Assembly (NCBI RefSeq): GCF_001194135.2 | Contig: NC_068982.1 | Span: forward strand, 138,712,461 to 138,760,822 | Source: Octopus bimaculoides | Taxonomy: Eukaryota | Reading direction: 5' to 3' | Length of the DNA stretch: 48,362 bases | Part shown: piece after piece, positions 1-11,790 of the stretch | How the letters are laid out: each line of letters starts with the position of its first letter | How positions within the stretch are numbered: the stretch's first letter is position 1 | Program-made: the position numbers and the translations under genes | The notes under the pieces: model-generated | What the model saw: the letters and a program-made list of their open reading frames with translations, nothing else | Database searches by the model: none | Told to the model about the DNA's origin: nothing

Positions 1-880
1 TATATATATATATATATATGTAACTTTGGACACTAACTCACACATGTTTCTATGCACATACATACATACATACATACATACGTATACATATATAATCTGA
101 AGGCTAAATATGTGTAATTTACTGTTTCAATTTGAAATTTGATTCATATCTATCTCCTCTAATTAATGTTTTACATCAGTTACTACTGGCTGGCTTTTAA
201 ATACCACTTATAAACAAGATAATGCTGCGCCAGAGCGACACAGTCTATGTTTAAATGAATCAATGAAACATAGGGTCTGGTCCGACCATACTCTCACCCA
301 ACACACATACACAAAGTCAAATGACAAAAATGCGAAATAAAATGGTATCATACATGAAAATATTAACAGATGGATGAATACTTTGAAATTGGTGCTTAAA
401 ACGTAGTAAAATTGTTGGATGTAGAATCCAACATGATCTGAAATTAATCCAGTACACAAACAAAATGGTGATGTATTAATCATGGTGTTAGACTTTATTT
501 TTTTATTGTTTTTTTTTAATTAATTTTTCCCAAGCAAGGCTTGAAGCGACAGTAAGAGCAAAGGACTAAAAGCGGGAAAAAATGGGCCTACAAATTAAAA
601 AAATATCGATTGAGAGAAATCTTATGGGACTGAATATCGTGTAAGAAAGGGAAACAATTGAAGGAAACAAAATGAAAGGCTTTTTATGAAACGTAACGAT
701 AGATATATGCAATTAGTTGAACTGAGGTAGGAATAAATGTAATAAGAGTCCTTATTGTGAATTGTTAGAGATTCAAAAGCATACCGGTAAGCGTATCATG
801 GTGTGCTAGGAACCTTAATCCTAATTTCATAATTTTCCCCTTCTATTAATGTTTACAGAACAGCTCAGTACAAGAAATAT

Positions 881-1964
881 GAGCCTGATGGAAGGGCTTA
901 CTGAATACCACGAATGAGTAGAGCAATGCAGAGTCCGAGAGTTTCTGCTGCAAGTCAGTTACGGCGGGCTCTGGTTGGTTTGGAACTACTGGTGAAACGA
1001 AGTGGGGTCGAGGGGTTTACGGTCCAACACTGACGTCGGCAGGATTTGAAATCACGCCGTAAAGTGCTGGAACAAATAACGCCAGTTATTTTTTTTTCTG
1101 AGAGTCTAACAGTTCTGTATACCCACCACCACTTAATAAAAACAGACACGAATATTCAATATCACCATGTTAATCAAATTAACATACACAGCAGTCACTA
1201 TGGTTTCAAAGAAAATAGCGGACTCCCTATGATCTACTGGAATTCTACTTCTTTTGCTGTCGGTGTTACTGTTATATATAGGGTGATTCAAAAGTCTCCA
1301 TACACAGGAAAAAGTTATTTTTTTTATAAGAAACAGTTTATAAGATCCCTTAGATCCCCTGATCTGACCCCTCTTGATTTCTATCTTTGGGGGCGTTTGA
1401 AAGGCACAGTGTATCACGGAAAGATAAAAGACACAAATCATTTGAAGGAATGCATCACCAACTCATTTGCATACGTATCACCAGATGTGCAATTACGAGT
1501 TCACAATGAATGGGGTAAACGTATTGCCATGTGCATTCAAAACAAGGGTAACCATACACAGCCTGTTAAATAAAAAAGAAACTGTTCTTATAAACCGTTT
1601 CTTATAAAAAGATAAATTGTTCCTATCCATGGCGACTTTTGAACCACCATGTATGTTGAAAGTTTACCAAGTTGTTGGGAAAATCGTTTGGGTTTGAACT
1701 TGAACTGCCTGATTTCTTCACAGATTTGTTGTGGTTTTGCATATCAAAGGATATTCTGCGATTTAAGAAAATCACGTAGTTGTTCGCCTGTAAAATAAGA
1801 AGAGCCTCATGGAAGTGCTTACTGAATACCACGAATGAGTAAAGCAATGCAGAGTCCGAGATAAGAGTTTCTGTTGCAAGTCAGTTATGGCGGGCTCTGG
1901 TTGGGTTTGGAACTAATGGTGAAACGAAGTGGGGTCGAGGGGTTTACGGTCCAACACTGACGTC
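881..1964. repeat. Pair of ~160-bp direct repeats (881-1037 and 1802-1964)
   Basis: Both copies read gagcct.atggaag.gcttactgaataccacgaatgagta ... ggtccaacactgacgtc, with a few substitutions and small indels. Confidence 0.9.
1279..1651 (+). mobile_element. Non-autonomous Tc1/mariner derivative (MITE-like) retaining the transposase C-terminus; probably DD41D/rosa-type
   Basis: TA on both sides; imperfect ~65-bp TIRs (tagggtgattcaaaagtctccat / atggcgacttttgaaccaccatg); internal frame RSPDLTPLDFYLWGRLKGTVY; second copy at 47016-47397. Confidence 0.9.
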
Positions 1965-2164
1965 ACAGAGAAAATTAATAAAAACCGTTGCATGTTGGAG
2001 GAAGATTTATAGTTTGTTGCTGTTTGGATATAAGCCGAACTTGTCATCGCCAGCTTCGTCTACTAGAGAGCGCGGGAGATGTATGGTGAAGCCGTTCTTC
2101 ACTTTCTTCCCTGTTGTATACGTGTGTATGTCTGTACGTATTTATGCATTTACGTATACACGCA

Positions 2165-2239
<75 letters not shown>

Positions 2240-2461
2240 NNNNNNNNNNNNNNNNNNNNNNNNNNNNNNNNNNNNNNNNNNNNNNNNNNNNNNNNNNNNN
2301 NNNNNNNNNNNNNNNNNNNNNNNNNNNNNNNNNNNNNNNNNNNNNNNNNNNNNNNNNNNNNNNNNNNNNNNNNNNNNNNNNNNNNNNNNNNNNNNNNNNN
2401 NNNNNNNNNNNNNNNNNNNNNNNNNNNNNNNNNNNNNNNNNNNNNNNNNNNNNNNATATAT

Positions 2462-2615
2462 TAAAAAAACAGAAGACGAAGACAGGTGTGTAAACAACAA
2501 ACAGGTGTATTAGTTTAACGCTCGGAAAGGTGAGAAAGTCTTTTACGTTTCGAGGCTACGCTCTTCAAAAGAAAGGAACACGAGAAAATAAACAGAGAGA
2601 GAATAAAAAAAGAGG
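2462..2615 (-). mobile_element. Dispersed repeat with hammerhead-variant motif, Penelope-like terminal fragment (family H2, copy 1)
   Basis: Clear similarity to 46840-46990; contains a hammerhead-like architecture on the minus strand. Confidence 0.6.
2540..2575 (-). ncRNA. Degenerate minimal type I hammerhead-like motif (H2)
   Basis: Minus strand reads CUUU-CUUUUGA-A-GAGC-GUAG-CCUC-GAAA-CGU-A-AAAG; stem I CUUU/AAAG; core has two substitutions. Confidence 0.35.
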
Positions 2616-2790
2616 GAAGGTAAGTCGGTTACATCGACTCCAGTGTTCAACTGGTACGTATTTTACTTATTTTCTCGACCTCGAAAGAATGAAAGGCAAA
2701 ATCAGCCCACCGGCATTTGAACTCAAAATGTACAGAACGACGAAATGCCGCTAAACATATTACTCAGGGTGCTAACGATTCAGCCAGCTC
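2616..2790 (-). mobile_element. tRNA-derived SINE family A, diverged copy
   Basis: Reverse complement matches the family A head (gagctggc.gaa.cgttagcac), B-box (gagttcaaat) and the gcctttcattctttcgaggtcga domain. Confidence 0.8.
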
Positions 2791-2801
2791 ATACACATAT
2801 A

Positions 2802-3137
2802 CATCGTGGGGCAGAGAGGACGGACGTTTTTAAAATGGCTATTACCTACCCTCAGGGGGTGGGATATTTGTTCAACAATTACCATTCGATCCGTGGTGTC
2901 TTAGAATTTTGTTTCTTTGCCGGTGAAACCATGGCGCCGAGAGCGATAGAGCATCGCGTGTTTTCCTACGACAGTTATGTGAAGAATAACGAGTCTGTCA
3001 CAGCAGTTCAGCTTGAGTATCGGCGCCACTCCAAGATTCACCAAAATCATGCTATTCCCAGCCATAACACACTCTTACGCTGGGATGAATGCACTTCGTA
3101 CACGAGGTACACTAATGAATAACGGAACGGGGGGGGG
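2802..3137 (+). mobile_element. 5' end of a Tc1/mariner transposon (DD41D/rosa-like N-terminal HTH), frameshifted and cut by a gap
   Basis: TA then catcgtggggcagagaggacggacgttt TIR-like start; translation EHRVFSYDSYVKNNESVTAVQLEYRRH...NTLLRW / NALRTRGTLMN resembles the N-terminal HTH (DUF4817-type) of these transposases. Confidence 0.75.
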
Positions 3138-3980
3138 NNNNNNNNNNNNNNNNNNNNNNNNNNNNNNNNNNNNNNNNNNNNNNNNNNNNNNNNNNNNNNN
3201 NNNNNNNNNNNNNNNNNNNNNNNNNNNNNNNNNNNNNNNNNNNNNNNNNNNNNNNNNNNNNNNNNNNNNNNNNNNNNNNNNNNNNNNNNNNNNNNNNNNN
3301 NNNNNNNNNNNNNNNNNNNNNNNNNNNNNNNNNNNNNNNNNNNNNNNNNNNNNNNNNNNNNNNNNNNNNNNNNNNNNNNNNNNNNNNNNNNNNNNNNNNN
3401 NNNNNNNNNNNNNNNNNNNNNNNNNNNNNNNNNNNNNNNNNNNNNNNNNNNNNNNNNNNNNNNNNNNNNNNNNNNNNNNNNNNNNNNNNNNNNNNNNNNN
3501 NNNNNNNNNNNNNNNNNNNNNNNNNNNNNNNNNNNNNNNNNNNNNNNNNNNNNNNNNNNNNNNNNNNNNNNNNNNNNNNNNNNNNNNNNNNNNNNNNNNN
3601 NNNNNNNNNNNNNNNNNNNNNNNNNNNNNNNNNNNNNNNNNNNNNNNNNNNNNNNNNNNNNNNNNNNNNNNNNNNNNNNNNNNNNNNNNNNNNNNNNNNN
3701 NNNNNNNNNNNNNNNNNNNNNNNNNNNNNNNNNNNNNNNNNNNNNNNNNNNNNNNNNNNNNNNNNNNNNNNNNNNNNNNNNNNNNNNNNNNNNNNNNNNN
3801 NNNNNNNNATATATATATATATATATATACATACATATATGTCTATATACACACACACACACACATATATATATATAAATATATGGGTATTCAAAAATAT
3901 ATGCAAGCGTGAGGAATATAAGGTATATACGTGTGTGCGTGTGCGCATGTGTATATATGTATATAAACGTATGTACATAT

Positions 3981-4799
3981 AAGCGCCCAAAACTGAATAT
4001 AAAATTTACAAGTGACACTGGCCCACTGGAGATTACAATCCCAGAGTCTAAATCAGTGCGGGATCTGGGTGTGGACATGAGTGATGTTACTTTTTTTCAG
4101 GATGGTATCAAAGTGCAGACCACTAGCTGGATGGATCCTGAGAACCTTCAGTGCCTGAGAGAAGGAAATCATGATGGTCCTAAAGAGAACATTCGTCCCC
4201 AACCCCCTGGAGTACAGATCTCACCTATGGTCACCTCACAGTTTAAATTTAACAGCGGACCTTGAAGCAATCTAGCGAAGCTTCACAAAGGAGATCGTCT
4301 CATTGCAACAGCTCAGCTACTGGGAAAGGCTGAAAAAGCTAAGATTCTACTTCCTGAAGCGAAGGCGGGAGAGGTATGCAGTAATATACATCTGGACGAT
4401 CCAAAAGGAATTGTGCCAAATTTTGGCATTGAAAACTACACAAATGCTAGGACGGGTCGCTACTGTACAGTGCCAAAGATCCTAGTAATGGCATCGCACT
4501 TCAGGACCAGTTACTGCAACAGTCTGGGTTTCAGGAGCCCACAGCTTTTTAATATTCGCTCAAAGTGCCTGAGGGACCTACACAAAGTGGATGTAGGTGT
4601 TTTCAAATCAGGACTGGATCTCTTACTGTCGAGAGACCGAGACGAACATATATCGCGGCAAGAGGTGCAAATGAGGGTAGTGACATGAAACTCCTTTATT
4701 TCCAAAATGCCACATATCAGAAGAGGCTCACAATAATAACAGTGTCGCAAAACGGCGGTGCCCCAGGATGGCCACAGCTTTGAGCTGAAACTACTAAAA
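3981..4799 (+). mobile_element. CR1-clade LINE, 5'-truncated 3' end (ORF2 C-terminus and tail), with stops and frameshifts
   Basis: Motifs SVRDLGV, (A)GWILRTF, LEY..LWSP, LSYWERLKKL.....RRRERY, FKSGLD in shifting frames; short 3' tail at 4754-4799. Confidence 0.85.
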
Positions 4800-5694
4800 C
4801 ATATATATATATATANNNNNNNNNNNNNNNNNNNNNNNNNNNNNNNNNNNNNNNNNNNNNNNNNNNNNNNNNNNNNNNNNNNNNNNNNNNNNNNNNNNNN
4901 NNNNNNNNNNNNNNNNNNNNNNNNNNNNNNNNNNNNNNNNNNNNNNNNNNNNNNNNNNNNNNNNNNNNNNNNNNNNNNNNNNNNNNNNNNNNNNNNNNNN
5001 NNNNNNNNNNNNNNNNNNNNNNNNNNNNNNNNNNNNNNNNNNNNNNNNNNNNNNNNNNNNNNNNNNNNNNNNNNNNNNNNNNNNNNNNNNNNNNNNNNNN
5101 NNNNNNNNNNNNNNNNNNNNNNNNNNNNNNNNNNNNNNNNNNNNNNNNNNNNNNNNNNNNNNNNNNNNNNNNNNNNNNNNNNNNNNNNNNNNNNNNNNNN
5201 NNNNNNNNNNNNNNNNNNNNNNNNNNNNNNNNNNNNNNNNNNNNNNNNNNNNNNNNNNNNNNNNNNNNNNNNNNNNNNNNNNNNNNNNNNNNNNNNNNNN
5301 NNNNNNNNNNNNNNNNNNNNNNNNNNNNNNNNNNNNNNNNNNNNNNNNNNNNNNNNNNNNNNNNNNNNNNNNNNNNNNNNNNNNNNNNNNNNNNNNNNNN
5401 NNNNNNNNNNNNNNNNNNNNNNNNNNNNNNNNNNNNNNNNNNNNNNNNNNNNNNNNNNNNNNNNNNNNNNNNNNNNNNNNNNNNNNNNNNNNNNNNNNNN
5501 NNNNNNNNNNNNNNNNNNNNNNNNNNNNNNNNNNNNNNNNNNNNNNNNNNNNNNNNNNNNNNNNNNNNNNNNNNNNNNNNNNNNNNNNNNNNNNNNNNNN
5601 NNNNNNNNNNNNNNNNNNNNNNNNNNNNNNNNNNNNNNNNNNNNNNNNNNNNNNNNNNNNNNNNNNNNNNNNNNNNNNNNNNNNNNNNNTATAT

Positions 5695-5739
<45 letters not shown>

Positions 5740-6001
5740 TATGTGTATATATGTATATATATGTATACATATATATGTATGTATATAATGCATTACGTAT
5801 GTATGTATGTATGTATGTATGTATGTATGTATGTATGTATGTATGTAGTTGTGAAATAATATCATCAACAGAATAGATTATCAAAAGCCATTATAATAAA
5901 TATATCGTCATAATCTCCAGCTTCGACTTGCTGTTATTGAGATTTTTTTTTGTGCCGTCATTGTCAGTAATCTTTTTAAGTCACCGTTGGTAGTACACTC
6001 T

Positions 6002-6038
<37 letters not shown>

Positions 6039-6811
6039 CGTCACCACCACGGCCGTCGTCGCCGTCGCCATCTTCGTTTTTGTTGTCTATATTTCTCTCT
6101 TTGTTTTACAATAAATATCGCTTAAAGAGCTAACTGATCAGAGAAAACGACGAGACAGTCACTGGTGGCTACTTATTTCATAGTTTCAAAGTCTAGCAAA
6201 AGAAATTCCCCTGCAGCTGTTTTTCACCTCGTATTTTTTTCTATTTTCTACTGAATTATATATTCCGACGAACTTTTACTGAGCATTAAAGTAAAAACAA
6301 AGGAAATTAAGAAATATTCATTGAGACAATCATATTTATTGAAAATATTCTTAAATAGTTTCCACTGTAGTCGTTGTTAATGTTGTTTCACCTTGAAGAT
6401 ATCTCTCAGCGAGATGATAAATGTGATGTTTACTTCTTAACTTCTTACGACGATTGTATTCACGAGAAATACCGACGAATAACGGAATGTTGATGAAATG
6501 GCGTTCATGGATACCAAACTGACTTTCCTCGTCTGCGGCGCAACATTTTCGAAAGAGACATCTCACACGTGACCATAACAGTAGAGTATTGGGTATTCTG
6601 CGATGCCCAAATGCCACCAAATTTCAAGTAGGAGTATAACAAAAGTTTTCCATTAAGATTTGTGATTAAATTAATGAGCAAGGTTAATATTTATAATGAA
6701 TTTGCCATTTTATCTAGGTGTGGAGCGTACACCTGACACACCCGGAATATACGCCCCCGGACCATAACTATATTCAGCTGCCACCTTGTGGAGAATAAAG
6801 AGACAATAATA

Positions 6812-7160
6812 CGAGCTGGCAGACTTATTAGCGCGTCGGACAAAATGCTTATCACATTTCTTCTGGCTTTATACGTTCTGAGTTTCGTATCAAGGCAATT
6901 AACCCCCTCCAGGACAGTTACCCACCCACTTGGTTAATTACCCCCTCTCCAATATACAAAGAAGTTTTAAATCGTCATCTGTTGTCCTCAGGGGGTTATT
7001 TTCCATGGAGGTAAATGTCCTAGACTCCTGAGTTTAATTACTGCTGAGATTGACTTTGCTTTTCCTCGTTTTGGGGTCGATAAAATAAAGTATCGGTCGA
7101 ATACTTTATTTTATTAGCTAGCCTCTCCCGCCTAAAATTGTTGGCCTTCTGCCTCAGTAA
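6812..7160 (+). mobile_element. SINE family A copy interrupted in its B-box
   Basis: Head gagctggcagac..tagcgcgtcggacaaaatgctta (6812-6886) resumes at 7028 with ctgagtttaattactgctgagattgactttgc...ggggtcgataaa. Confidence 0.75.
6887..7027. mobile_element. 141-bp MITE-like insertion with 8-bp target-site duplication
   Basis: ctgagttt duplicated at 6879-6886 and 7028-7035; imperfect subterminal inverted motifs aggacagttaccc / aattaccccct versus gggggttattt / ggtaaatgtcct. Confidence 0.6.
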
Positions 7161-7249
7161 ACCAACGCATGATCTAGCTGAGAAATCGCAATGCGGACAG
7201 TAGTCATTTGCGGGAAGGCTGTAGTTCTGATGGTTTATTTCCTTATTTT

Positions 7250-7850
7250 CCGGTAACTGCTTTTAGTGGTAAGAAACTCTCAAGGGAGCTAAAGAGCAGA
7301 AGGTCTTGGGAGAAGAAAACCATTCAGGCAACTATTTCGGTCTTTAACTTCTTACACTCTAAGGTGGGGGAGAGATGCGCATGACTCCAGGGTGCTCTTT
7401 TGCCGCCACTTTGTAGCCTCTTTGATATCGGAGACTCGTGCATTTAAACCACTTCGATATTTCATCTGGTCGCAACTCCTCTCCGTTGACTAAGGTTTCA
7501 AACTTAAGGAATAATGTTAGTTGTCATGGTAGCGATGACTGGAAATATCAAGAAACCAAGCAGCCAACATTTTTTGTGACGGCTATTACTAGTACTAAGA
7601 AACCCTTAAAAAAATTCAACAGTAGAAGGTCTTCAAACAAAAAATCGTCATCAGGCAAGTGTTTTAGCTCTTAAATTCTTACACTCGAAGTGGGGCCAGG
7701 TTTCCTGAGTGCCCTTCTGCTGACATGTTGTTGTTTCGGAAACTTGTGCAATTAAACCGCTTCGATATTTCATCTAGTCGCAACTCCACTCCGTTGACTC
7801 TACTTTCAGACTAAACACTTAAAGAAGAAACGTTGGTTGTCATGGTAGCG
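7250..7850. repeat. Old tandem duplication, period ~327 bp
   Basis: Collinear shared blocks: agaaggtctt, ttcttacactc, cttcgatatttcatct.gtcgcaactcc.ctccgttgact and ttgtcatggtagcg. Confidence 0.8.
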
Positions 7851-8239
7851 GGGAAACGTTAATGCTATCACAGTGACTCACTCAGAGTCACTTACATTAG
7901 CGTTAAAATACAAAAATATTTCCTTCAAATGGTATGCAGACTGCGCTTGTTCCTCCTCGACCAGAAATTCAGCACCACAATATGCTACAAAGCTACATTG
8001 TTCTACATCACTGCATCGCTAAACTATCCTATATACAATACGGTAATACATCAAGCTATTCCTCCACATATATACACTAACGAAGTATAGTATACTACCA
8101 CACTATCACAGTACAAAATATTACGCCACTACATTAAAAGAACTTTTACTACTTTGAATAACTAAACCATGCATTATGCACTATACTACTTTACCAAACA
8201 CCCCTGTACTACAACATTACATTATTACATTGTACTGTA

Positions 8240-8453
8240 CGAGGGCGTTGAAAAGTTCCTGGTTTTAAAGGTATCGCGAAGGGCTGGTTGGAGGTTCAAC
8301 GTTCCCAGATCTTTTACAGGGCTTAGAAAAACTGAAGGATCCCTGCAATGAATGTGTGAATCTGAGAAAGGAATACGTTGAATAAAATCATAATTAACTG
8401 CTCCTCCTGCATTTTGTTTTACCCAAAGCCAGGAACTTGCTACCACTCCCTCG
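8240..8453 (+). mobile_element. 214-bp mariner MITE with transposase C-terminal tip
   Basis: TA flanks; TIRs cgagggcgttgaaaagttcctgg / ccaggaacttgctaccactccctcg; internal LQGLEKLKDPCNECVNLRKEYVE* matches the mariner C-terminus pattern. Confidence 0.85.
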
Positions 8454-8876
8454 TACTAGACTCGATCACTACATAATATTACTACACTATTATACAATTT
8501 TCAAGTTTGTCTCTGCAGATTTTCTATACATTAAGAGCCAGCGCTGCAAGTTACGAAGTTTCGTTTAAAAATACGTCTATATGCAAATAAAAAAAAATGC
8601 TTTCTTCTGTCTCCAGTCATATTGTTCACATAGCTGTGTTTACGAAACGCCACAATTTGCAGTTCTGGCTCTGAATCCTACAAAAAATCTAAAGGGATAA
8701 CCTTAAAAGCGAAAATATCGCACTGCTAACACACGGTATAACAAAATATTGTCTTGTAAACCTGTTAATGTACTTGGTTTGCAAAACGAAGTACTGTTGT
8801 CTTGCCAACAATTAAAATTTCTTGTGCAACTGTATCATTCTGCTCTGCGCTACACGTCTACGCTAGATTATACCAC

Positions 8877-8878
8877 TA

Positions 8879-8925
<47 letters not shown>

Positions 8926-8996
8926 ATACTACTACTACTACTACTACCATCACCACCACTATTACTACTACTACAACTACTACCACCACCACCACC

Positions 8997-9058
<62 letters not shown>

Positions 9059-9090
9059 ATTTACCTANNNNNNNNNNNNNNNNNNNNNNN

Positions 9091-9170
<80 letters not shown>

Positions 9171-9175
9171 ATTTA
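8877..9175. repeat. (TAC)n/(CAC)n compound trinucleotide microsatellite within decayed TAC/CAC-rich sequence
   Basis: Direct reading; spans a short N gap. Confidence 0.95.
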
Positions 9176-9512
9176 CCTACACTACACTCTTGCGCTGCTA
9201 CATCTTTAGATGCTACTACATTACTATAGCATTATATAATACTAGTTCACCAGTAAGTTAAACTACATTTCTACGTCGCACTACACACCTAGTACACTGC
9301 ACTTCCCCCTCCATCAAAAAAAAAAAATAACTACACTGTACTACAAACACAGCAGATTATGCTACACATCCAGTGCATTACACGGGGCACCTGGTACACT
9401 CCACTACGTCACACGACTATAACGAATGGCAGTAAAACACTTAAAACTTCTGAAAAGTTCGCTGTTACACGTCAGTGTTTCTTCCAGCTCTGTTCTTAAA
9501 ACGCTGTTTTAT

Positions 9513-9515
<3 letters not shown>

Positions 9516-9553
<38 letters not shown>

Positions 9554-9858
9554 GTTCGTTATCATCATGAACAACGACGACGTAAAGAAATACACCTGCA
9601 ACACATCCGTCAAATGTAAACGAAACAAGAACACAAAAAAAAAAAAAAACAAGAACAAAAACAAAAAGCAAAAATACTTAAAAAAAATAACAATAACCCT
9701 TCACAGAAACAACAAAACAGGATATACCACAGTCGTATGAATAGATCAGTGAGTAAAAATGGATCTATTTCTGGAGACGATTGGCAAGGAAAACCCATAC
9801 TTGCGAACTTAACTCTGTGCTTTAATCAAGTAATTCCTTTATTTATTTATTTATTTTA

Positions 9859-9919
<61 letters not shown>

Positions 9920-10223
9920 GTTATTATTATTATTATTGTTATTATTATTATTATTATTATGATTTTGTTTCCGTTTCTGNNNNNNNNNNNNNNNNNNNNN
10001 NNNNNNNNNNNNNNNNNNNNNNNNNNNNNNNNNNNNNNNNNNNNNNNNNNNNNNNNNNNNNNNNNNNNNNNNNNNNNNNNNNNNNNNNNNNNNNNNNNNN
10101 NNNNNNNNNNNCTTCTTCTTCTTCTTCTTCTTCTTCTTCTTCTTCTTCTTCTTCTTCTTCTTCTTCTTCTTCTTCTTCTTCTTCTTCTTCTTCTTCTTCT
10201 TCTTCTTCTTCTTCTTCTTCTTC
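9516..10223. repeat. Cluster of (ATC)n, (ATT)n and (CTT)n microsatellites
   Basis: Direct reading: about 9516-9552, 9860-9960 and 10112-10223. Confidence 0.95.
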
Positions 10224-11370
10224 AGAATGGTGGAACAGACGATAATCAGAAGAGAGATATAAAAAAGAATATAGATAGAAAAAAGAAAAAAAAAATCTAG
10301 TGAATAGATAAAGTGACGCAGAGGTAAAGATAAGAGCAACAAAAATATAATATTATATAAAAGAAAGCAATGGCTTCCCTAGGAAAACCGAACAAAAGGC
10401 TAACAAGGAACAATCAAGACAATGACAAAATATATAAAAAAAAAGAGCGCAAGAGAAGGTGAAAGTGAAAGTGAAAGGAAGACGAAACCATACAATAATG
10501 TAACTGTGGCGGAAATGAAAGCTACAGGATGAAAACAGGAAGAGTGACGAAGAACATTTGTTACTTTTTGCATTATTTTTGGCTTTGTTATTTTTCGTCT
10601 CTTTTAGCACTGCAGAAGGAGAAGATAGTTCAGAGCTTATTAAGGATATGTGAAAATGAAAATGAACATGAAACGGAATAATAAATAATTAATAAAATTA
10701 ACAGAAGGCACCAATTCATAAATAAATGAATGAATAAATAAATAAATAAATAAATAAATGAAGAGAGGATGCGTTTTTTAAATTTATTTTTAGAAGACGA
10801 GGAAAATATGAAAACAGCAACAATAACTACGGCAACGGAGTGGTGACTGTTTTAGAAAACTTGCAACTTTATTCCCTATTCGTTTCCGAGTTCAGCTTAA
10901 ACTGGTATCAGGCAGAACCTGTGAGAGCAGCGTCACGTGGTTAGCGTTTCCGCCATGTTCTCATCACTTGAAAGGAGAAGGAAAAAATCTGGAAATACTG
11001 AAAATTAGCGAAACACTTATTAAGTTATTTGGCCAACGTTTTGTCCGAATGTCACAGATTAATGACCAACAGCGTTCCGACCATGACCGTTCCGGCTTTT
11101 CGAACATCTAAGTTTACAATATATATTGTAGTTATATCCCTATATCTTTAGATTTGTTGGTGTATCTATGCAAGTATATATATCACAAAATCATGTCAGT
11201 GACCAGGTCGCGGTTGGTGCGACGAGAATTTTGAGATCAAATAACAGATGTTTTTGTGAAGTTAACGTTCATTGCGTATTAGTGAATGGCGAATAATGTA
11301 TCTTCCACGCTAGAATGATTTATTTTCAACACACGGTGTCTCTGATCACATTATTTGCATGCATATATAT

Positions 11371-11682
11371 GGCTTAGTGGTTAGGGCATTCGGCTCACGA
11401 TCGTAAGGTCGTGAGTTCAATTTCCGGCGACGCGTTGTGTCCTTGAGCAAGACACTTTATTTCACGTTGCTCCAGTCCACTCAGCTGGCAACAATGAGTA
11501 GTACCTGTATTTCAAGGGGTCAGCCTTGTCACATTCTGTGTCACGCTGAATCTCTCCGAGAACTATGTTAAGAGTACACGTGTCTGTGGAGTGCTCAGCC
11601 ACTTGCACATTAATTTCACGTGCAAGCTGTTCCGTTGATTGGATCAACTGGAACCCTCGTCGTCGAAACCAACGGAATGCCA
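11371..11682 (+). mobile_element. tRNA-derived SINE family B (CORE-like central domain), tail type 1
   Basis: A-box ggcttagtggttag; B-box gagttcaattt; gttgtgtccttgagcaagacacttt...cagctggcaa.aatgagta shared with 47674-47918; followed by (CA)n. Confidence 0.85.
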
Positions 11683-11685
11683 CGT

Positions 11686-11790
<105 letters not shown>

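Noticed and set aside
1958-1965. Perfect CRE palindrome TGACGTCA
   Set aside because: A single 8-mer with no promoter context, and it is not conserved in the sister repeat copy.
6351-6620. 89-aa minus-strand ORF
   Set aside because: No recognisable domain or supporting splice structure; length within chance expectation.
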